Origin: Podarcis erhardii
Lineage: Eukaryota
Strand: one strand, 5' to 3'
DNA: 64,000 bases
Assembly (NCBI GenBank): GCA_964252035.1
Contig: OZ176209.1
This document shows, piece after piece, positions 56,097 to 64,000 of the stretch. The translations under genes were made by a program, and so were the position numbers. Under the pieces are notes generated by a model, which was not told where the DNA came from, did no database searches, and saw only the letters and a list, made by a program, of their open reading frames with translations. Position 1 is the stretch's first letter. Each line of letters begins with the position of its first letter.

Positions 56097-57663
56097 GTGA
56101 GGAGCTCCACGGTTGTCGGTGCGCGATGCTGGGGTGAAGCCATTTGGCGGGTTTAGGACGGCAGCGACTCTCGACTCCCTCCCCCTCCCCCGTTGCTTTA
56201 TTTGCTGCGGTCTCGATCTGCCCCCTGAACAATGGGATGCAGAGTATTAAGCTCCCACTATAACCAGAATCAGGATTTTGTTGGGGTTAGTTAGGGGTCT
56301 CGGCACTTAAGGTGCCGCTAAGGTTGCCACTTGCCGGCCCGAGAGAGCTTTTAAAGCTGTAGTTCAGGCAGATATTCAACAGGTGCAGCTTTCCCAAAGA
56401 TGGAGCTGCAGTGATGAGCTGCACCTGTTGATTTTTTGCATAGCGGCACATCTGCTAAAGTTGTGTGAGTGTGTGTAAGAGGTGGGTAAGCTACGTGGTA
56501 AGTGATTCATTTCCACACTCTCTTTAGATAAATCCAGCAGTGCTAGGCATGGCTTCAAAGGGTCTCTCACATATTTGCATAAATAATGAAGAACCACCTT
56601 TTACAATATTCAATTTAAAATATTGTGCTTGATCACACTCATTGTGCAGCTAAACCTCCAAGCCTGACTTTGGTGAAGCAATGAGAACAGATTTCATTGT
56701 TTCAATATTAGTTCCAATATTGAGATAATTTTGAGGAATGGCACTTTGCAGTAATGAGCAGCAAAAGGAATAGGATATATGATACCCCTTTTAATTTTTC
56801 AAGTACTGTATCTAATCTTTTGCTACAGTTGATATTTCCCAAACCATGCATACACAAAAGCAGACTGAATGACCTGACCTGACGATTTCAAATATGTGAA
56901 AGATGGTGATGGATTAGTCTAATTTTGGGTTTGCAGATAGCATTTGTTATCCTGTCACTTTATGTTCTCTTAAATGGGATGTTTCCCCTCAGCCCATTGA
57001 AACTAAGTTAAACAGACAGAATATTAGTGGTAAAATCCACCAGACCTGTGGAGAATGTGCTACCGTTCAGTATCCCCTATTCCCCCTTGCATTTTTTATT
57101 TTTATTTTTGTGATTGGAATAAAGGGAGGATTACATATGGATGACAACACTGTTTGTAATCCCTCCTAGAAATATGAGTGCATAAGGTATTATTATTATT
57201 TATTAAATTCATTACCCACCTTTCATAATTAGATCCCAGGACTGGTTACAACCATTTAAAATTCATTATTAAAAACAGTTAAAACAAATTACAATATGGA
57301 ATAGGGTGGCAATTCCACACAAAATACTTAGTGTATTTAGTAGCCTAACATGAAGCCCATAGTAGAAATGTTCTTTTTTTAAAAAAATACCAACCATTTT
57401 TCTTTAAAAAAGGTTAGGCTGGGGGAGCTGTAAATGTTTTAACTGTCTCCAGATCCACGCGAACTAGAAACTTGTTTCTGGAAAATGACAGTTATTGTTC
57501 TCACTATTTTGATGACACTAAGTAGGCCAATCTGCTCTGACTCACAGCCTCTTAATGTTGTGCACAGTGATGAGGTCATGAGGTAATGGTCTTTTGTTTC
57601 TTTTGCTTCCTTCTTATTTCAGGCAACCAGAACAATTCTAACAAGCTTTTAAGCGAGGAAGCC

Positions 57664-60468
57664 ATGCCGCTCTTTGGAAACACATTCAGTCCAAAGAAAA
57701 CCCCACCCAGGAAATCAGCCTCACTTTCCAATTTGCACATGGTAAGTTCTGGAACCTAAAACAGGTTTCTGGGACCTAATTCTCCCCTTTTTAAAAATAG
57801 AGTCCCAGGGTCCCCCAGCTACAGTCAGTCACAAAATAGGGCCTTGGAAACTAGAGAGGCAGAGCCAGTCACAGCCATTTGCTGCGCACAGAATGTATCA
57901 TAGACGGGAGTGTGCTGCTCATAGAAATCCATAAATACTACAGACCATGGGTTTTATACAGTCGTGCTCAGTGTAGACTTGAAATTAAGTTAGTCATTGC
58001 CATTCACCTCAAAAGGTCTGTTTTGAGCAGGACTAGCATTGGATACAACCCCATCAATTCTGAAACAAAATTTTTAAGCAGCTGCACAACAGGAATAAAT
58101 ACACAAATACACATGCAACTTATTAATACCTCTAATTTACAAGCGAGGAGTACCAACACTTAGAATAGCTCATCCACTCCTGGAAGGAAAAAGGGTTATG
58201 TTTCAGATTCTTGCTCTGATTTTTTCTGAGTGGAAGGTCTGAATCATAATTCTTGCAGTGTTTGTGTTGATTAATTTTAAAGGCTTCCAATTGTCTGTAA
58301 AAACAATAAACCATGCATCTTTGTTACACTGTGTGTCTGTCCCCCGTACCACTGTTTTAGCAGGTAAAATCTTGGATTGACAAAACCAGGGATGGGGAAT
58401 ATTATTCAACCCAAGGGCCCCTGTGGGGAACCTTTGGAGGGCCACATGCCAGTTATTGGCAAGATCAGAGTCAAAGTGGACAGAGCAATGAATATGACTC
58501 TTATCTTTTGTATAATTGAGTTGAGGAGAATGAAAACAAAACGTTGTGTCCATTTTCCTCCTACAGCTGGATAGATCAAGCCGGGAGATTGAGCTAGGCC
58601 TGGAGTATGGCACTCCTGTCATGACCCTTACTGGACAGAGTATGAGGTTTGAGAATGGCCAGTGGATAGCAGGTGAGAAAGAACACTAATCCCATTGGCC
58701 ATAATCCAAAAGCAATCCTTATCAGGTTCTCAGTGGCCTCATCCTGTTCCTCAGAAGATACAACTCTTGCAATAATCCCCAGCCATACTGAGTCTGTACT
58801 CCCATTGTCCTCCATACCCCCTTATTTGATGTATTCTGGCAAATATTAGTACTGTAGTGTTGATGTTGGTTCTGGTTTCTGGCCTTGTGTCAGGAGTGGT
58901 ATTTGTGCTGTAGTCTGGGTCTGACTAGGTGAAGATGCCAGCTTCAGCGGGTGGGTGTGCATGCTTCACCAATGGTCATTCATATCACAAGGCTACTGAC
59001 ACTCTTCTTGGGGAGGACATTTAATAGGGCATCTTAAAGGTACACCAATATGTCAGCACATTGACCGTGTTGGATTCCATCTAGCTAGCTAATGCAATTG
59101 TTTCTCAGAGCTGCTAGAGGGCTATGTTGTTGTTGTTTAGTTGTTTAGTCGTGTCCAACTCTTTGTGACCCCATGGACCAGAGCACGCCAGGCACTCCTG
59201 TCTTCCACTGCCTCCCGCAGTTTGGTCAAACTCATGTTGGTAGCTTTGAAAACACTGTCCAACCATCTCGTCCTCTGTCGTCCCCTTCTCCTTGTGCCCT
59301 CAGTCTTTCCCAACATCAGGGTCTTTTCCAGGGAGTCTTCTCTTCTCATGAGGTGGCCAAAGTATTGGAGCCTCAGCTTCAGGATCTGTCCTTCCAGTGA
59401 GCACTCAGGGCTGATTTCCTTAAGAATGGATGCGTTTGATCTTCTTGCAGTCCATGGGACTCTCAAGAGTCTCCTCCAGCACCATAATTCAAAAGCATCA
59501 ATTCTTCGGCGATCAGCCTTCTTTATGGTCCAGCTCTCACTTCCATACATCACTACTGGGAAAACCATAGCTTTTACTATACAGACCTTTGTTGGCAAGG
59601 TGATGTCTCTGCTTTTTAAGATGCTGTCTAGGTTTGCCATCGCCTTTCTCCCAAGGAGCAGGCTATAGTTGTGAAGTTTTGACACTTTTCTGTGAGTGCA
59701 AGGTGATTCTAGTACTGACTGCTTTCTCTCTCCTAGAATCATTTGGGGACACCGGGGACCGCAGGGAGACAAACCGCCTTCGGAAACGGATCCAGCAGCT
59801 GGAGGAAGAGAACAATCTCCTACAGCTGAAAATTGACATTTTGTTGGATATGGTGAGAATGAGGTGATTCACTCACCTCTGTGCATCAATATGTCTTTGA
59901 TATCTGCATTAATTTTTCTACTTGATACAAAACCAGGGGAATGACAATGGTGACACAGTGGGTCAATGTCTCGTGGGATTCAAACCAGGCTCCAGAACAC
60001 TTCATGATCTTATTGAGAACCCTGGGTTCCTTTTACGAGAAGATAGGCAGTGGCAGCATGGTTGCCCAGAAAAGAGCTTTTCCAATATTATTCTATTGAT
60101 TTCCCCCACAAAGCCCAGGTTCATAAGGAATATGAAATGCATTCCAGAGGACTAGTGCTTGCCATTCATTGTGAATGTGCCTCATTACAAGTCCCAGAAT
60201 CATCTGCAATAGGCAGGAGTTAATGGAAGATGATATGATGTAGAAGGAATTCCCTCTGGATTTGTAGTTTGAAATCCACTGCTTTAGAGAGAAACAAACA
60301 AATGTACTTGTTTTTAAGGGTTACCAGCACTAAAACAACATGGGAAAACAAATGCCATTTTTTGCCATTTCTTCCTTTTATTTGCAGCTCTCTGAGACGA
60401 CTGCAGAGTCTCACCTCATGCAGAAAGAGATGGAGGAACTGAAAAATTATAGCCGAAAGAGGAAGTAA
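57664..60468 (+). CDS. CBY1: Chibby homolog 1, 4 coding exons, 126 aa
   Basis: Exons 57664-57741, 58567-58672, 59737-59852, 60388-60468; MPLFGNTFSPKKTPPRKSASLSNLH...ELGLEYG...QLEEENNLLQLKIDILLDML...YSRKRK closely matches recalled human CBY1. Confidence 0.97.
59126..59660 (-). mobile_element. 5'-truncated Bov-B (RTE) LINE in CBY1 intron
   Basis: Uninterrupted RT C-terminal ORF ..DITLPTKVCIVKAMVFPVVMYGSESWTIKKADRRRIDAFELWCWRRLLRVPWTARRSN..VHGVTKSWTRL; (CAA)n tail; TSD GGCTAT at 59120-59125 and 59661-59666. Confidence 0.92.
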
Positions 60469-61649
60469 ACTGGATGTGAAGGCCTCTAGAAGGTGGAAGA
60501 GGGAAGAGCAAGAGGATATGGTTAAAACCATCCACTGCAAGGAACTTAGGAAGCCACACCTGCCTTGGAAGACATTTGTTGTTGTGACCTTATGTTGCTG
60601 GATATCTAGCCAGGACTCCAAATGTGAAATACTATTAAGTTCTACAGTGCTGTCAGAAAGCAGCTGTCCTACTTTTCTTCTTCCCTAATGGAGTTTCTAT
60701 CCAAGTGCTCTTAACATATTTCCGCAATATACATTTAATTTAATCAGTAGCAGGTAGTGGTTTGTAGTTAATAAGCGTCTCTTCCCACCCACCCAAGAAG
60801 GCAATCAAGATCGTGGGGTGTGGGGAGAGCAAAAGAAAAAGGCAGAAACTGCTTGCAACATATATTTACATACTCTTGCTGTCTCTCTCTTAACATGTTT
60901 CAGAAATGCTTTTCAATTGGCTGTTTCTTATCTTTGGGACGCAGAATTCTCTGGAAAAGTAAGGTCCTGAACTTGAGCCAGTGAGCTGATACAGAGACAC
61001 CACTGGTGATAGGCAGCATTCTGGGCCCTTACCCTTATAGGCCTGCAATATATGTTAGTGAGGAAAACCTTTCATAATTGGAGATGACAGTGGACAATGT
61101 GGGAAGTTACATGTTTTAGTTGGCTCACAGTCATTCTGAATAGCAATGGCCTATACTCTAAAGCTGACTGACACACCACGGGGGGGGGGGGGGAGGGACC
61201 TTTTCAGCATAGTGGTTCAGATCCTTAGTTCACCCACATGTAAATCACCTGATGTCACTATGTTTTGAGGTGACCTATTTTTCCTTTGCAGAGTAGCTTG
61301 AGTTCACAGCCACAGTACAGTAGTGTACCGGGAAGTATGAGACCTCTGTCCCATATGTTCTTTCATCTCTTCCTTTCCCACACCAGCCCAGTGATGTGCT
61401 GTATTGCCTTATTAGTATGGCAAAACTCCACATTGAACAACTGGTTCTCTTCCATTTTTATCCCTCTCCTTCATGATGTATCAGAGTTCTATAACACTCC
61501 ATGAATTCCATGTGCATTCTACCTTCTTCCTTGTCTTGGTAAAAAACAAATCTTCAGGCAATTCTTTGTACAGCCACCAGTTCCATTCAGGCCACTGTAA
61601 GTTAAATGTTGAGTTGAATTGTTGTATAAATCTATTTTTATACTTTAAA

Positions 61650-61655
61650 AATAAA
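61650..61655 (+). terminator. CBY1: CBY1 polyadenylation signal AATAAA
   Basis: About 1.2 kb after the stop, followed by a GT/T-rich downstream element (gtgttgacttgtgtatttgtttt). Confidence 0.7.
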
Positions 61656-62218
61656 GTCATTACAGTGTTTCTATTGCTGCAGTGTTGACTTGTGTATTTG
61701 TTTTATTACATAGCCCATTACTCTACTCTGGGTGGTTTTTAAAGGGACATCGTCCAAGTTCAAGAGAAATCTGGCCCTCCTCAAGATTAACTCCTCAGAA
61801 AAGTATTAATCCTATATAAATAATAATTTTTAAAAAGTACCCTGAAAACATGGATGCTATATATATTTACATGCACACACACGTTTACCTACCATATTAT
61901 TTACCCCTTCGGAAGTGCAAAAGCCCCATTCTTAAGAATTTACTCTCTTTAGAATAAATCTTCGTTTGCCTTCTGGAATTTTGTGTTCTCTCTGTGTGTG
62001 AATAAAAGGGCCTGCTTTGCTGGTGGGCGGACGGGAGCTCTTCAACTTAAAAAGCACCAGAGCCTCAGAGGTCAGAAAAACAAACACATCTGCCCAAGAA
62101 GACTGAGCACGGGATCCTGAATGTCATTGGAAAAATGAAAGAGAGATGGAGTCGGACTGTCAGAAAGAGGGAAATCCCCTTCCAGATCTCTTCGCATCTT
62201 GTTGCAGAGGCGGCCATT

Positions 62219-62321
62219 GTGGTGGCCTCCAGATGTTGCTGGACTCAGCCCCAGCCAACACAGGCCCATAGTCAGGGGTGATGGGATTTGTAGTGCATCA
62301 ACATCTGGAGGGGGCCACCAC
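62219..62321. mobile_element. Degenerate palindromic hAT MITE upstream of TOMM22
   Basis: Inverted arms tggtggcctccagatgttg / caacatctggagggggccacca; core similar to 31616 element. Confidence 0.65.
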
Positions 62322-62389
62322 ATCTTACAATGTCCCTGCCTTAAATTTTCCTGCCGGGGGGAGTGGGCTGGCTGACCAGCACCATAAGC

Positions 62390-63060
62390 AGAACCACTCT
62401 GGCCGTAAGGCGAGAATGCGCTGCAACATCCCACAAATAAATACAATTCAGCTCAGAGAAGAAGGAGCTGCCTTTGCGCGACAACAAGCGAGCCCCGCGT
62501 TGCCTTTTCCACCTCTTCCTCCCGTCCGCTGGGTGTCGCTGCGCAGCGGCAGAGCACAGCCCGTGCGCTTCCGCTCTCCCTCTCCTTCCGCTTCCGGCGA
62601 CGCTCGCTCTCCGCTGCCGGCAGCCTGCCTCGTCGTTGCCTGCCCTCCCCTCGTTGCAGTCATGGCCGCCGCGATGCCCCTTTCCCCGGAGGACCTGCTG
62701 CTGCCCAAGTCCGCGGCGGGCAAGGCCGAAGACCTGGAAGAGGAGGTGGAGGACGACGACGACGAGGTAAAGCCAGCCCCTGCCGGAGCTTGGCCGGGCG
62801 GCCATGTGCGAGGTGACCCCTCTCTGGAGTCGGCCCTGCCTTGGGCCCAGGCGGGGGGCTCGAGTGAGCTGAAGCCCCGGCCAGGAGACGCGGAAGGAGG
62901 AGGAGGAGGAGCAGCGCGGGAAGCGTCTCCTCTGTGTGTTTTCTGGAGGGGGCCTTGCGCGAGCCGGGAGGGGGAGGGGGCTCGACGGAGGGGCGGTGCT
63001 GCTGGGAGCGTGGATTGGTGCCTGCTGAGGTTTCTCCTTGCAGGAGGGCTCCCCGGGTAG
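62390..63060 (+). promoter_or_regulatory. TOMM22: CpG island / TOMM22 promoter and exon 1
   Basis: High GC/CpG; ETS-like cttccgg near 62592 just upstream of the ATG. Confidence 0.75.
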
Positions 63061-63226
63061 TAGTAGTACTAGTAGTAGCTTGGGTTGAAATTTCCCTTTT
63101 CAGTTGTGCAATTGTTTCTTTTGCTGGTTCAGGCCTGAACCAAACAGAAGCAATACTTCTACAAGCTGGTGGGTTTTAGTAGTAGTACTACTACTACTAG
63201 TAGTAGTAGTAGTAATAATAATAATA

Positions 63227-63265
<39 letters not shown>

Positions 63266-63543
63266 GGCATCTGGCTGGCCGCTGCTGAGAACGAAGCTCC
63301 GGACTAGATCGGCCTTTGTTCCCATTCAGCACAGGGCTCTTTCAGTGTTAACGGGGTCCGGGTTTAGGGGGCAGGTCTTGTTCTGTGGGGCTCCCGCCCT
63401 CATCTCTCCTTTCCACGTTTGCAGCTGGACGAGACGCTAGCAGAGAGGCTCTGGGGCTTGACAGAGATGTTCCCGGAAAGCGTCCGATCGGCGGCTGGAG
63501 CTACCTTCGGCGTGTCTCTTTCTGTAGCCCAGAAAATGTACAG
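62662..63543 (+). CDS. TOMM22: Mitochondrial import receptor subunit TOM22, exons 1-2 (continues beyond window)
   Basis: Exons 62662-62766 (MAAAMPLSPEDLLLPK...EDDDDE) and 63425-63543 (LDETLAERLWGLTEMFPESVRSAAGATFGVSLSVAQKMYR), GT-AG, matching recalled human TOMM22 and syntenic position. Confidence 0.95.
63177..63265. repeat. Compound (TAG)n(CTA)n(TAG)n(TAA)n microsatellite in TOMM22 intron 1
   Basis: Directly visible; includes strand-switching palindromes. Confidence 0.95.
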
Positions 63544-64000
63544 GTGAGGAGGGGGAAATGGGAGGTGAGGACCCAAGCCCCTTGGTCCCTGGTCCTCAGA
63601 TACCATGCGCAGGTGGCCACTTAGCTATGCCTCGCAAGACTTGTGGTTTGTGGGTGGTTAAGGTAGCCCTTCTCAGTGAAGTGGCTGGCTCCTTCAGCCA
63701 CCAAGGGGATGGAGAATTGTTAGGGAGTTGGTGGTGTTTTGCGTTTCTTAAGTTGGACAGACAGCCATTGAGAATACTTAGACTTCTTAATTCAGAACTC
63801 TAGATGTGTGTGTTTTTAGTGTGAGGATAGAAATGATCCGTTGTACGCTGTTTGGATAATGATGGTCAAGCAGTTGAGAATGTACCATGCATATTCAAGC
63901 TTTAATGAAGAAAAGGCTGAGAAATGAATGTAAATTAAATATTAAAAAAAACCCTTTGCCTGCAAGGAGCCATTGACATGGAATTGATCATAAATAATTG

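Larger units (their letters stand above)
55250..56350. promoter_or_regulatory. CpG island: divergent FAM227A / CBY1 promoter
   Basis: CpG-rich interval between FAM227A (minus) and CBY1 (plus) 5' ends; GC box ccgccc near 55982. Confidence 0.75.

Noticed and set aside
55063-56232. Several 70-123 aa ORFs across the FAM227A/CBY1 island
   Set aside because: Typical stop-poor ORFs of GC-rich promoter DNA with no homology recognised.
62278-63060. 260-aa ORF extending TOMM22 128 codons upstream and into intron 1
   Set aside because: Upstream in-frame ATGs (62281, 62416) lie in the MITE/promoter region 5' of the likely TSS, and the downstream part is intron; the open frame is explained by high GC.
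63104-63307. ORF with poly-Val/poly-Ile run
   Set aside because: Translation of the (TAG)/(TAA) microsatellite.

Overview
Vertebrate genomic DNA, very probably a squamate (lacertid-like lizard), judged from Sauria SINEs, a Bov-B LINE and L2/CR1/hAT/Tc1-mariner debris. It carries five intron-containing genes in the same order as human 22q13.1: DDX17 (-, complete 13-exon CDS, 647 aa), DMC1 (-, 13 coding exons, 342 aa), FAM227A (-, 14 in-phase coding exons traced, first coding exon unresolved), CBY1 (+, 126 aa) and the first two exons of TOMM22 (+). Exons were assembled by hand from splice signals, phase continuity and recalled similarity to the human proteins; most ORF-track entries are spurious. 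Most notable: two neighbouring genes each carry a minor-spliceosome (U12) intron (GT-AG type in DMC1, AT-AC type in FAM227A); DDX17 intron 11 is a 3.8 kb apparently transposon-free intron with strong cryptic splice sites that would make stop-containing (poison) exons; an in-frame stop blocks the human-type p82 N-terminal extension of DDX17; DMC1 has no visible CpG-island promoter; a palindromic hAT MITE family carries ZNF143-like motifs upstream of DMC1 and TOMM22; and FAM227A/CBY1 share a bidirectional CpG island with an RFX X-box and an NRF1 site. No CRISPR array, rRNA or intact tRNA gene was found, and nothing here clearly qualifies as a wholly new biological system.
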